Below are positions 36,226 to 48,686 of a DNA stretch of 64,000 bases, piece by piece. The position numbers were made by a program, and so were the translations under genes. Where the stretch lies: NCBI GenBank assembly GCA_002269645.1, contig NIVC01002294.1:1-64000 (forward strand), given 5' to 3'. Positions within the stretch are counted from its first letter, which is position 1. Each line of letters begins with the position of its first letter. The stretch comes from Macrostomum lignano. Its lineage: Eukaryota. The notes below the pieces were generated by a model that saw only the letters and a program-made list of their open reading frames with translations, was not told where the DNA came from and searched no databases.

Positions 36226-36799
36226 ACAATTCTTCGTTCATGCGTTACATTTTAATTTTTCGTTTCACAGCTCGCTATCTCTATTTCAGTTTCGTTTTGG
36301 GTGATTAATTAAATTTACAGCCACTGCACACTGCCTTTGCAATGCACCTTTCTGTCCCCAGCCTCCGGCTTCATCGCATTCATGGCGCCCGCTCTGACGC
36401 AGATGCTGCACTTCCTGCCAGCATTCACCCCCGCCCCATCAGCCCATCGCGGATCGCTCAGCGCCCGACCTTCCCGATCCGATGCGGCTTAAAGTGCACC
36501 CGGAGTGGCCGCCCGGCCCCTGGCGGCAGCGGGCGCAGGCTGAGCTCTTACCGGAGCTGAACTCTCTCCGGAGCAAATTTCCTCTGTGGGGACCGGCCTT
36601 CAATTGAGCACTTTTGGGAACAGAAAAGGGAAACAGGAGGGACTCGAGACCGGCTGAGCCCCGAGGCCGCTGCTAGGCTGGAACAGAATTTTCGATTTTC
36701 CGATAAAGTCCCTCCCAGAATGAACTGCAGACTCGAGGCTGGCTGGAAATCGCCTCCCAGCCACAGATTGATGGCGAGGCTGCAGCAGCTGGGAGCTTG

Positions 36800-37005
36800 G
36801 GACCTCACCCCCAGCTCACCCCCGCTGAACCCCACTTACTTCTACTCACCCCAGCTCACCCCCGCTGAACCCCACTTACTTCTACTCACCCCAGCTCATC
36901 CCCGCTGAACCCTACTCACCTCTGCTCACCCCAGCTCATCCCCGCTGAACCCCACTCACTTCTACTCACCCCAGCTCATCCCCGCTGAACCCTACTCACC
37001 TCTGC
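36800..37005. repeat. 40-bp minisatellite (CCCCAGCTCACCCCCGCTGAACCCCACTTACTTCTACTCA)
   Basis: About 5 units in the intron after coiled-coil exon 3. Confidence 0.85.
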
Positions 37006-37078
37006 TCCCCCTCGCTTAATCCCGCCCTTTGACCCCGCCAACCCTGTTCACTCCTTCCCGCCTGTCCCGCAGCCTCAC

Positions 37079-38784
37079 CGGCCGCCATCATGCGCAGTGC
37101 CCGGCCTCGGCCGTCAGTGCAGTTCAGCCGGCGCACCTCGTCCGTGAGGCGTCGCCTCAGCCGTCTCTCCTCCTCGTACAGGCGCCTGTAGTGCCGGCAG
37201 TCCCCAGACAGGCGGTCCCGCTCGGCCGCCAGCGACAGGCAGGCGCGCCGGAGGCCTTCGAGATCATTCTGAAGCGGGGAATGCAGGGAAACACGTTGTG
37301 CACGCTTGGCCCCCAAAATTAATGTGGCCGCACACGTCGCGCACCGAATCGAACCCACATCTCCAGGCTTTAGCAGGCTCTCACCGAGCAGTATGAGGTC
37401 CGCCACAGGCCCGGCCGCCAGCCGCTCCGACCTTCCGGGTTCTCCCTGTGCACTTCGATATCCTCATCCGCCTCATCAGGCAGCTTCCTCGCATCTTCCG
37501 CAGCTGCCACCGAGTACCGACGCCGCCTACTGTCTCCACCAGTGTCGTCGAGATCGCCGACACCCGACTCTGACAGCCGACCGGAGGCCTCCGCTAGCTC
37601 CGTGCGCACCTTCGCCAGCTCCGCCTGGGTTGTCGCCAGCTCCGACCGTGCGCTGGCGAGTGCCGCCTCTGCCGCCTCCGCACGGCGCCGCTCCCTCAGA
37701 GTTGCTGTCGTTACTGCTGCCGACTGGGATTCCCCATCGGGCTTCTCGGGACACTTTGACGATGGTGTAGGCGGAGACTGCGGCGGTCCTGCCGAGCTGG
37801 GGGCAGCGGCGGCCTTCAGCGACCATCCAGCCGCCTCCGCGCGCTCCAGCCGCTGGCAAATTTCTGCCAGCTGCTCCGCCGAAGGTCGCTGAGTTTCTCG
37901 CTCGCCTGGTGGCGAAGCTTCTGGTGCCACTGCGTGGCCGGCTTCGCAGGTGGCCAGCTGCTCCCGCAGCTGCTCAGCCAGCCGGCCGCGCTCCTCCGCC
38001 AGCGCCGCCGCCGCCTGGCAGTCGTCGCGGAGGCCGGCAAGGCGGGACTCGGCGCCCGCCAGCTTCTCCTGCAGGCGGATGTTCGCCTCCCGCAGTTCGC
38101 GCAGCCGCCCAGCTCCGTCGCGTTTCTCGCCGGTGAGCTCGTCGATGGCGCGCTCGCTCTCGGCTGATGCCGCCGCGGCCTCGGCCAGACTGGCGCGAAG
38201 TCGCTCCGCCTCGGCGCGCCGCTCGTTGGCCTCGAGCTGCTCGCGGGAAAGCGCCTGGCGCAGGCCGGCCGCCTCCAGCCGGGCCGCCTCAAGGCTCAGC
38301 GACACCTTTGTGAGGGCCTCGCGCGCCGCCGAGTCCTCCTTGCTGTGGCGCGCCTGCAGCTCCCGCAGCTCTTCGTCGCGACGGGCCGCCTCCGCCTCGT
38401 GGCGACGGCGCAGCAGCTCCGCCTGGCCGCGGTGCCGCTCCGCCGCTTCCTGTGCGGCCGACGCCGCCGCGGTGGAGGCGGCCAGCGACTCCTCCAGCTC
38501 CTGGATCCGCGACTGCTGCCTGCGGGCCGACAGAAAGTGGCAGGATAACCCGTGCGGAAGAGTTCCAGAACCAACTGCAAGTGGCAGGATAACCCGTGCG
38601 GAAGAGTTCCAGAACCAACTGCAAGTGGCAGGATAACCCGTGCGGAAGAGTTCCAGAACCAACTGCAAGCCTCTCACCTGGCCGCCTGCGTCTTCAGCTT
38701 CTCCCGCTTCCGCCTCTCCCTGTCCAGCTGCTCCACCGCTCTGTGGGGCGCCGCCGCCTGCTCAGCCGCGGCCACCGCTGCCAT
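37079..38784 (-). CDS. Long coiled-coil protein, Ala/Glu/Arg-rich, unknown family; 3 exons resolved, 3' end unresolved
   Basis: Exons (minus) 38784-38678, 38519-37385, 37268-37079 with GT-AG junctions and consistent phases (2, 0, 1); heptad-rich sequence such as SRIQELEESLAA and LRELREANIRLQEKLAGAESRL. Confidence 0.7.
38535..38670. repeat. 44-bp unit x3 filling coiled-coil intron 1
   Basis: GTGGCAGGAT at 38537, 38581 and 38625. Confidence 0.9.
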
Positions 38785-39549
38785 GGCAACAATGAGAGTC
38801 CACTGGGTTGAATGCGCCAAGCTTTTGCTCAACCTGAGATTGCGACTGCAGCCGAGCGAGTCCCTCCGGTCGAATTCCTTTCTGCTAACTTTTCGCCCTC
38901 TGTGCTGGCGGTTTTCACGGCCGGCCACCCACCGCGCACTCCGAGCTGCCCTCCCTCCGCCCTGAGCTCGCCCGCTCTTATCGGGGACAGCTGGGAAGCT
39001 TTAGAAACTTTTCTCTCCGTGCCTTTGACTCGCCCTGTTTCTTCACATTTCTTGTCTGTCTCTTCTTTCTGCGCCTGAAATCTTCTTCTGCAGATAATTT
39101 TTTTGCTTTCTTGTTTTCTTTTTTATTTGAGTGCGGCAGGGAGGGACACGCAGGCTGAGGGACCGGGCCCTCTGCCTTGCCGCCTGTGGCTTTGCAGCTC
39201 TGTGGTTTTTTCTTGGAAGTGAGAAAGACTTTCACCTGTGCTCTCTGTATTGCAGTGTTACCCAGGTGTAGTGAGTTTATCCACGAGATTTAGAGATTCT
39301 CTTAACCTATAAAACCGGCTGGTTTATCGACGAGTGAGTCGTTTGCTGCCTGGCTGAGGCCTTTCTTAACGATAACATCCTCCTCGTAAAGATTACGAAG
39401 GGCTGCAAAATACGCGAACAGCGTGTACTTTTGACTCGGAGCTATCTTCACCTGCATACCCCGCTAAGAGTTGAAGGCCAAAGCGGCTTTTAGAAGGCTG
39501 GTTCTTTTGCACCGAAGTTGACAACGGGCGCCAAAAGGGAAGTCGGGAG

Positions 39550-40815
39550 GGGGCGCTAAATGGGAGCCGGGGCGCCAAATGGGAGCAGGGGCGCTAAATG
39601 GGAGCAGGGGGTGCTAAATGGGAGCAGGGGGTGCTAAATGGGAGCAGGGGTGCTAAATGGGAGCAGGGGGTGCTAAATGGGAGCAGGGGTGCTAAATGGG
39701 AGCAGGGGGTGCTAAAGGGGTGCAGGGGGTGCTAAATGGGAGCAGGGGTGCTAAATGGGAGCAGGGGGTGCTAAATGGGAGCAGGGGTGCTAAATGGGAG
39801 CAGGGGTGCTAAATGGGAGCAGGGGGTGCTAAATGGGAGCAGGGGGTGCTAAATGGGAGCAGGGGCGCTAAAGGGGAGCCAGGGGGCGCTAAAGGGGAGC
39901 CAGGGGCACTAAGGGGGAGCCAGGGGCGCTAAAGGGGAGCCCGGTTGCGCTTAAGGGAAGCCCGGGGGCGCTAAAGGGGGGCCAGGGCGCTAAAGGGGAG
40001 GAGGGACGCTAAAGTGAGGCCATGGAGGCTAAATAGGAGCAGGGGGCGCTAAAGGGGAGGAGGGACGCTAAAGAGAGGCTACGGAGGCTAAATGGGAGCA
40101 GGGGCGCTAAAGGGGAGCCAGGGGGCGCTAAAGGGGAGCCAGGGGCACTAAGGGGGAGCCAGGGGCGCTAAAGGGGAGCCCGGTTGCGCTTAAGGGAAGC
40201 CCGGGGGCGCTAAAGGGGGGCCAGGGGCGCTAAAGGGGAGGAGGGACGCTAAAGTGAGGCCATGGAGGCTAAATAGGAGCAGGGGGCGCTAAAGGGGAGG
40301 AGGGACGCTAAAGTGAGGCCATGGAGGCTAAATAGGAGCAGGGGGCGCTAAAGGGGAGCCCGGTGGCGCTTAAGGGGAGCCCGGGGGCGCTAAAGGGGTG
40401 CCATGGGCGCTAAGCCGCTAAATTGGAGTAGGGGCGCTAAATGGGAGCAGGGGGCGCTAAAGGGGAGCCAGGGACGCTAAATGGGAGCAGGGGCGCTAAA
40501 GAGAGGCTATGGAGGCTAAATGGGAGCAGGGGCGCTAAAGGGGAGCCAGGGGGCGCTAAAGGGGAGCCAGGGGCGCTAAAGGGGGACCAGGGGCACTAAA
40601 GGGGAGCCAAGGGGCGCTAAAGGGGAGCCAAGGGGCGCTAAAGGGGAGCCAATGGGCGCTAAAGGGGAGCCAGGGGCGCTAAAGGGGAGTCCGGTGGCGC
40701 TTAAGGGGAGCCCGGGGGCGCCAAAGGGGTGCCATGGGCGCTAAGCCGCTAAATTGGAGTAGGGGCGCTAAATGGGAGCAGGGGGCGCTAAAGGGGAGCC
40801 CCTGCGGGCGCCAAG
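39550..40815. repeat. Degenerate about 19-20-bp G-rich minisatellite (GGGAGCAGGGGCGCTAAAT/AG)
   Basis: Tandem units with duplicated sub-blocks. Confidence 0.9.
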
Positions 40816-43800
40816 AGGAGCCGATGCCAATCCCACTGCAGAAATCAAAGCTTGATGATCAGAAACCTGAAATAAACCGAAGCTGCAATCCGGAGAATAG
40901 AATCGGCCTCGTCTCATCAGCAGCTTCATTTTTAGGGCCGAATTGAAATTGTCTGATTTATGAGCCTTGCACTGAAGCGAACTTGACTGAAAAGTGCATC
41001 TCAATTCGACCAGGAACTGGACTGCACTTTTATATTATAGGTCAGCCTCGTGTGACCACCAGTCTGCGGTCAGCCCTAAATATGATTCAATCATTAATAA
41101 CTAACCAATCAGTCAATCAATCACTTCGCCAAGGAAGAAGCAAGTTCTGGCAAAAAATCTCTCGCAAGCTGAGACATCCCGGCAAATATGATGAGAGCGG
41201 AGAGTGCGTCTGGAGGCCGGTGTGCCTCCCAGATATTCAATTAGGACCAATCTCTCTTTAAAGTACATTGCGTGCCGAAGCGCCTAACGAACTCAATGCA
41301 CTTTCGGCTGGGAGCCTAACCCGCAGAGTTCCAGTGTTAGAAGATGGGAGAAGCATTGAAAAAAGCTGTGGCAATCAATTGAGTCAGTCAGTCCGGGTGG
41401 TGGGCCAACTTAGCTTAGCACTATAGAACTGAAAGTTCATTTCTGTGCCCAAGTTCGTTGTGCAAGCATGATTTAATCAAAATAAAAGATCATTTGCTAT
41501 AAACCGGATTGAAGTCATAAATTATTCTACACAAGATAAGAGATTTCTGCTCAACTCTTCTGCAAATAGGCCCGGCAGGGGCATTGTGCATTCAATGTTA
41601 TCTAGGCCCGTTTGACAGTGAGTTTTCGTAAACTTGTTGAAAATATCCACATTTTTCAGCTTTTCAGGCTCCACAATCTCACTCCAGGCATTCCAGCAAT
41701 TGTTAATTAGTGGCCTTAATTATTGACCGCACGATGTTTCATTCCTTATCTCCGAGCAAGACCGAATGTTTTATGACTCCACCGCTTGCACCTTGACAAT
41801 AAATAGCAATTGAAGCAGAACATAATATTATTATAATTTTCCTGTTGGAAATTGAGAACAACAGAATGTTAATTTGAGCCCTTTCTATGCTTCAAGAGTT
41901 CGTATTCTATAGTTAATGAACCTGAGAAACTACGCTGTACACTCAAACCCATACTGCGTACAATGGGGAGTGTACGCCGCCGCTCACCACTCTGCCCCCG
42001 ATCGCTGATTGGCCACGGCACTGGGGGACCCACTTGCTTTACAAGCTCTGTGGAATGAATCAGCTGTGGCCTCCCCCTGACCCTTCCCTTAATATGGGAA
42101 ACCACTTGCAGCCGCCTTGGCCTCAGACACAGACGCTGTCAGACGGCACAGTTTTTGTTGAGAAAGATTTTAAGTACCAAGTTTGTTAGCCAAGCAAGTG
42201 CGCCGGACCCAATAGATTCCTTTTTAGCCGTTCATTGCGCACTTTATATACGATCGTATCTTTAATACTGAAATTTGTAGCAACTCCCGTAGCGATTCGT
42301 GTATCAACCAAAGCGCCCCCTTCGATTCTCCGCGAACTTTGGTCTCCTGTAGCAGCCAAGTGCAGCCGTACCGAAATGCTGACATCTGCCTCTAGTAGCA
42401 GCAGACAACAGTTATTTTATATAGCGTAAACAATTCTGTTTGCCCCCTCTTTTATCCAATTATTGCCGCCATGCCGTGCGGATCGTTCGCCGCCCAGGAG
42501 CCACGCCTCCTCGTAGCGTCCACTTCATCGGGAGCAGCGGCCAGTCTGGGCGCCGGCGACTCGCCGCAGCCACAGCCGGCACTGAGCCGCTTCCATGTGG
42601 CGCACGCTTGCAGGGATGCCGCAGCGTCTGAGCTGGCAGCTGCGGCTGCTCACCACGAGGATGTCGGTGAGTTTATTACTAGTACGTGTACTTTTATCCT
42701 CCAGTTCATGACGGAAACTTAATCGTTTCACGCCAATTAAGCACAGTCAGAACAGGCTAAGTAGCGATTAATGTCTACTAGAATTGCATCAACTGATCAA
42801 CTTGCTAAAATGTAATTTTTAATTTGGGTTTGGGGACCGAATTTGATTGCCTGTATTAAGTTTGGGGCGATTCAAACAGATGGCTTTCGTCTCCCCTGAG
42901 TTCTCTTCGCTTGCCACTAACGAGCAATCCAATTCATTGACATTGGTACTCCAGGCTACTCCTGTTTGTTTTTTTGAAACTGAATTCCGCTTTGGATTCG
43001 ATTTGTGAGAATCGTGCCTGCCTCACCCGGATGAGGGGGGGGCAATTCTCCCTGTCCACTAAAAAAGTTGGCCATATTTGGAATCAGCGTGGGATTAGTA
43101 AGAATATATATTTTTAAAAAATCAGCAATGCTACAGTAATTTATAGGAAGGCATTTCAGTAATCCAACCCTGAGGATTTCCGGTTTAGATAAAGGCCAAA
43201 GCAATTCGATCTTGGCCTTCATACAAGTCGCATTGTTTAAATTGATGATGACTTGTACTGAATAAAGTTATCGTAGAAATGAAGGGCGAACTCTTGTTGG
43301 GGTGGTGGCTGACCGGAATGGAGTGTACAGTAAACGCACGCACCCCAATTCTTTTACCCCCAGACCCTGCCCGACCTCCACCCACCACCCCACTCCCCCA
43401 GACATGCGCTCGCTGCGTGCTCCTGGGGTTTTGGACAGCCATTTTGTGCTTAGAGCCTTAGACACTATAGCTAGCAGAGGGCGCACGCTGCGTGTCTGCA
43501 ACTCGGCATAAGAATATATAATACGCGCCTCCCTCTCCAATCCCCATTTCCTTTCCCGTTCCCGTCACGAGGCAGAGAGGAGAGAAGATGGAATAGCATT
43601 GGGGTCAGCTAAGGACAACAGCAATCTGTATTTCCTAGTCTGCCTCTAAGGCTAAAAAGGCAAGTTATTAAGCAATGCCAGCAATAGCATCCAAGATAAG
43701 GCTTAAGAACTTTAGCCAGCTGACATGCAATCTCAAATGGTAAGCAAATGAATTTCGAGCTGCGCTGGAGCAGGCCTGTTGGGACCGGGGGCTGTTGACG

Positions 43801-44024
43801 CTGCACTCTGTGCCCTATGGGAAATCGGGCTGCGGCAATATTTCAAGGCCGAGCGCATGCTGAGGTAGTTTATTTTTAGATGCAAAATTGGAGACTGAGA
43901 AATTGGTATTACTTGCCATGGGAGTGAGCACTGTTTACCTGCATGCCAGACTTCATTGCAATAGTGCACTGCTAAATCGGCTGTTAACTAGAACTGCTGG
44001 CTCTCCCCCATCTCTGCCGCAGTG

Positions 44025-44322
44025 ATGGAGGATCCCCGCTGCGAGGAATTCCACGAGTCCGTGGGCATCCTGGACTCCCTGCCTTGGTGCCGCAACGCCG
44101 ACCAGCGCGAACCCTCGTTGGACCGGGCGAACTCCGCTGCCGCATTCCAGACCATCCTGGAGATGGCCGAGGACGAGCGGGAGGCCGGCTATGCCAACAC
44201 CAACAGAGAAATTGGCGACACCCTCACCGCTCAGGTCTGTCTGTCTGTCTCTGTCTGTCTGCCTGTCTGCCTGTCTTGTCTGTCTGTCTGTCAGCTGTCT
44301 GCCTGCCTGTCTGTCTGTTAGC

Positions 44323-44379
<57 letters not shown>

Positions 44380-44408
44380 GCCTGTCTGTCTGTCTGTCTG
44401 TCTGTCAA

Positions 44409-44443
<35 letters not shown>

Positions 44444-45121
44444 GACGGTCCAGCCTCCCCCTCCTCGCAGGCCGCCAAAGCCGTCTCGCAGATGCGCATA
44501 TCGGCCAGCAGCGCCAACCTGACCTCGCACCGTAAGGATGCCGCCGGTGACAGCAGCCGCTGCTGCTGCTGCGAGCCGCCTTGGGAGGCCGCCGCGACAC
44601 CAGCGGCCGCTGCCGGCGTTTCCGCCGCAGCTGAGGAGGCCGCTGATGCCGGCAGCCACCTGGAGCCGCCCTGGTCGCACAACTCCTGCTGCCCCGGCAG
44701 CGCCCAGCGGCCCGCCTCGCCAGTCTCGCTGCACCAGCTGGCCGCCTTCCACCGCTCCGAGCGTCTTGGCGCCTCCGTCATCTCCCGCTCATCCTCCGTC
44801 CGCCGCCGGCCCTCGTCGACCGCCCAGCACCACCACCACCACCACCATCATCATCACCACCAGCCGCATCACCAGCACCAGAACCAGCAGCACCACTGCG
44901 CCAGCGAGGACTGCTGCGCCCCGCCTACCGAAAGTCGCGGCGGCCACGCCGACTACCAGGAGTACCTGGACCAGCTGAACGAGCGGGTGCAGCTGTGGAT
45001 GCTGGAGGCTGCGGACGGGTCTCACGGCATTGCGGCTGGCGACTGCCAGAGCGGGCCGGACTGCGCCTCCTGCTGTGACTGCTGCTGTGACTGCACGGAC
45101 GATGAAGCGGGGACTGAGTAG
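44025..45121 (+). CDS. Orphan protein, about 286 aa, with a poly-His tract and Cys clusters
   Basis: Exons 44025-44234 and 44471-45121 (phase 0, CAG|GT ... polypyrimidine-CAG|); contains [10 protein letters not shown]11, [18 protein letters not shown] and [11 protein letters not shown]; an acceptor-like AG precedes the ATG, so upstream exons are possible. Confidence 0.6.
44235..44445. repeat. (GTCT)n microsatellite beginning at the splice donor
   Basis: CAG|GTCTGTCTG... Confidence 0.95.
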
Positions 45122-45530
45122 CAGTGGTCTGGGACTGAGTAGCAGTGGTCTGGGACTGAGTAGCAGTGGTCTGGGACTGAGTAGCAGTGGTCTGGGACTG
45201 AGTAGCAGTGGTCTGGGACTGAGTAGCAGTGGTCTGGGACTGAGTAGCAGTGGTCTGGGACTGAGTAGCAGTGGTCTGGGACTGAGTAGCAGTGGTCTGG
45301 GACTGAGTAGCAGTGGTCTGGGACTGAGTAGCAGTGGTCTGGGACTGAGTAGCAGTGGTCTGGGACTGAGTAGCAGTGGTCTGGGACTGAGTAGCAGTGG
45401 TCTGGGACTGAGTAGCAGTGGTCTGGGACTGAGTAGCAGTGGTCTGGGACTGAGTAGCAGTGGTCTGGGACTGAGTAGCAGTGGTCTGGGACTGAGTAGC
45501 AGTGGTCTGGGACTGAGTAGCAGTGGTCTG
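45110..45530. repeat. 21-bp minisatellite (GGGACTGAGTAGCAGTGGTCT) x20; the first unit contains the stop codon
   Basis: Perfect units; TAG 45119-45121 lies in unit 1. Confidence 0.97.
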
Positions 45531-45619
45531 GCATCTGGTTGCAGTAAATCTGGGACTCGGTTGCAGTAAAGTTTTATTATATTGCAGTAGCCTGGGACCG
45601 AGTTAGAGTAAACGTGTGA

Positions 45620-45700
45620 TTAGATTGCAGTAATCTGGGACTCGATTGCAGTAATCTGGGACTCGATTGCAGTAATCTGGGACTCGATTGCAGTAATCTG
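45620..45700. repeat. 21-bp unit (GATTGCAGTAATCTGGGACTC) x about 4
   Basis: Direct repeats. Confidence 0.8.
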
Positions 45701-45961
45701 GTACTTGCCGCAATCACGCTTCCACTTTGAGCAATCCATCATTAGTTTTGTTTTACTCATTCTGGCATTGTCTGTTATTTAAATTGTCTGCCATGGCCGG
45801 CGCAACTCCAAATTTTCTTTTTTTGTTTTTAATCGCGCAGATAATGCTGTCAGAATAATATTTTGCCACTTGCCCAGTGCATCATTTTCTTCTGCTTTCC
45901 GCACTTTGCCTGAAATTCTAATTTCAAGGATGGGGGCTGGGACCGAACTAAGGCAGCTGAA

Positions 45962-46045
45962 TGGCACAAGGAATCGAACCACTGACCACAGGGCTCGGGA
46001 TCGATGCGGCTTTCTCTGAGTGCTTGCCGCTGCGTCGGCGGTATT
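45962..46045 (-). mobile_element. Possible degenerate tRNA-derived SINE head
   Basis: Minus strand has A-box-like GACGCAGCGGCAAGC and B-box GGTTCGATTCC; no cloverleaf. Confidence 0.25.
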
Positions 46046-46149
46046 TAAGCGAATTAATCCCGATTCTGAGTTCTTTCCTTGGTTTTGCTGTTCGACATCT
46101 CAGTCTGCTTATGCAATATGAGCTCTGTATCTATGCAGCCTCAGACATC

Positions 46150-46375
46150 TCCACCCTCCCTTCACCATACTCGCTTCACCACCCTTCATTAACACCCTCC
46201 ATTCACCACCTTCCATTCACCACCCTTCATTAACACCCTCCATTCACCACCCTTCATTAACACCCTCCATTCACCACCCTCCATGCACCCCTCCATTCAA
46301 TACCTTCCATTTAATACCTTCCACTCAATACCCTCCATTCACCACCCTCCATTCACCACCCTCCATTCACCACTC
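46150..46375. repeat. Degenerate CCCTCCATTCACCAC-type low-complexity repeat
   Basis: Imperfect tandem units. Confidence 0.75.
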
Positions 46376-46837
46376 TTTACTCTGTTCCATTCTTTACTCT
46401 GCTTAAAGTGTCTCTGCCTCTCCTTTGTCCCGCAACCGAACGCTGCCACAATGGCTCAGTTAACAATGCCGCATTGCTCAGCCTGATGAGTGAGTAGCTC
46501 ATGCACAGTCGTACATGTAAGATGAGTTGTATTTGCGAGCGCATGATTCTGGTGCAGTTGAAGATAAGTAGATGTAATGAGTATTACTGGGGAACAAAGC
46601 AATGACCACTGTAGTGAAGGTATGAAAACACTTGAGTCACTCTTTAAGTTACATGTACATGTACATAGGAGATAGTTTCGTAAGTGTCAAATTCTCGTAC
46701 ACTGGAGACTGCTGAGCTTCAGACAAAATTCAAAGCATTCAAAACTGAGTCTTCCTTCAATTACGAGTACATTTACACAAATTGGAAGTGTGCGCCATGC
46801 TAGTACATGTACACCAATGTGGGTCTGGTGCAACTCG

Positions 46838-46945
46838 CTCAGCCCTCGGACTCCGCCAGCTGGCTGCGGTACCGCTCCAGCTCCTCGCTCAGCCCTCGGA
46901 CTCCGCCAGCTGGCTGCGGTACCGCTCCAGCTCCTCGCTCAGCCG
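46838..46945. repeat. 50-bp tandem duplication of the BTB gene's last codons and stop
   Basis: Two copies bounded by the 11-bp microhomology GGCTGAGCGAG. Confidence 0.9.
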
Positions 46946-48305
46946 GCCGATCTTGCCCTCCAGCAAGCTCACCCGGCGGGCGAAGATCCGGCAGAGAATC
47001 TCGTCTGGCAGATGTTCCTTCAGCGTTGACTGGCTGGCGGCGGTCAGCTGGATGCTGGCCAGCAGCGACACCGCCTGGTCCTGCAGCTCCCGCAGCTGGT
47101 ACACCGTGGCCAAGCAGGCATGCTCCAGCAGCTCCTCCATCCACGCTCCAGGCAGATTCGGCTGCAATGGCGGAGATGGAAGTCTCAGCTGAGCAGAGCG
47201 GGGAGCCGAGATCAATTGTACTCAAATTTAAAGTACATATTAAGATGTACTTTTAAGATGAGAGCCAGCAAGTACATGCATAATGGGAGTGGAGATAGGA
47301 GATTCGGTCACTCACCCCGATGTCTGCCGCGTCTTCTCCAGAGGGGTCCCGAAAGCCGCAGCCGTCGGGCAGAGTGTACACCGGCGACTGCAGCAGCGCC
47401 CGCTCGCAGCGGTCCAGCAGGTGAACCATCTGGTACTCAGCCAGCAACGGCAGCAGGTGTCGAGCTCTGGATTGTTCAATCACGTGTTTATTGCTATAAA
47501 TTCTAGAGTCGTAAATTTTTGATTGACTGGTCTCTGCAGCTACTGATAGTAGAACAAAGAATAAGCAAGTGCTGCCCCCTCACCTGCCGCTGTGCATCTC
47601 CAGCTGGGGCGGGTAGACGGTGGCCAGCAGCTCCACGAACTGGCTGAGGCTCTTACCCGGCAGCTCGATCGCCTCCTGCTGCTGCTGGCCCTCGCGGAAG
47701 CAGCCGAGCAGCATGGCGCGGAACACTGGCGATGTCTTGGCGAGCAGGCCGCGGTGCAGGTGCAGCTCCCGGCCCTCCACCAGCAGCCGGACGTCGCTGA
47801 TTTCGTCCGGCGCGAAGGCATCCGGGCCGCAGCCGTCCTCCACCAGCAGGTGGCCGGTGAGGCGCAGGTTGGCGGCCAGGTAGCGGGCGTTGCAGCCGAT
47901 GGTGGGCAGGGCGATCCGGCCCAGTAGCCGCTCCGTGGTCCCGGAGTCGAATCTCTGCACGAGACCGCCCAGCAGGAGGCCGCCGTCAGAGTCGGCCACC
48001 TGCGCTGCCGACTGGGCCAGGTGCGCCTCCACGTAGGCGAAGCTGCTGCGTTCTCCGCACTTGCAAACCAGGTAGATCTCGCAGTGCCCCGACTGCGGTG
48101 GCGGGCCGGGGCGCAGCCGCAGTTGGCACTCGGCCGCCGAGTCGGGGCTCAGGTTGCGGCTGACCGCATCGCCTTGCAGCTTGGCCACTTTGAAAGACAC
48201 CTCGAACGGGTATCGCTTGGCGAACTGCATGATGGCGAGCAATCGATGATGGGAGTTCTGCGATCTCCCAGAGTTGAAGATGTATTCTACTTTTGTATTC
48301 CGCAT
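46889..48305 (-). CDS. BTB/POZ-domain protein with a possible MATH-like N-terminus and C-terminal coiled coil, about 381 aa
   Basis: Exons (minus) 48305-47584, 47466-47316, 47161-46889; SDVRLLVEGRELHLHRGLLAKTSPVFRAML...IELPGKSLSQFVELLATVYP...LLPLLAEYQMVHLLDRCERAL is a typical BTB; MATH assignment is weak. Confidence 0.8.
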
Positions 48306-48496
48306 CGCAGCTGGACAATGGGAGATTTTCCATTTATGGATAACGGCAACGGTGAGCAATTTCCATATTTGGTAAAATGCTGAGCGAAATCAACATATGA
48401 ACGAGTGGATGGCCAAATTTAGAAATTTGCAGTTTTCCTTTTACTAATTTAGACAAAAAGTGCTAATATGCCTACTGACAGTATGAAACATATCTT

Positions 48497-48686
48497 CTTC
48501 TTCTTCTCCGTTTATCGCCTTGCGGCGTGGAGTGAACAGCGTCAGGCTTCACCGCAAGTGCGTTTGTGTCGCGCCATGTTTGTCGCCGATAACGTTCTTC
48601 CACACTTGTCGCATTCTGCTGTCTTCCTTCGGTATTTTCTTGCTCTTCTCTTGTTCTCCTCCATCTCCGGTGGATTGTGGTGTTGA
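48497..48686 (-). mobile_element. 5'-truncated non-LTR retrotransposon (LINE) 3' end
   Basis: 15-bp TSD TATGAAACATATCTT (48482-48496 and 48687-48701); (GAA)n tail; minus frame ends ...AECDKCGRTLSATNMARHKRTCGEA* (CCHC-type zinc finger). Confidence 0.75.
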
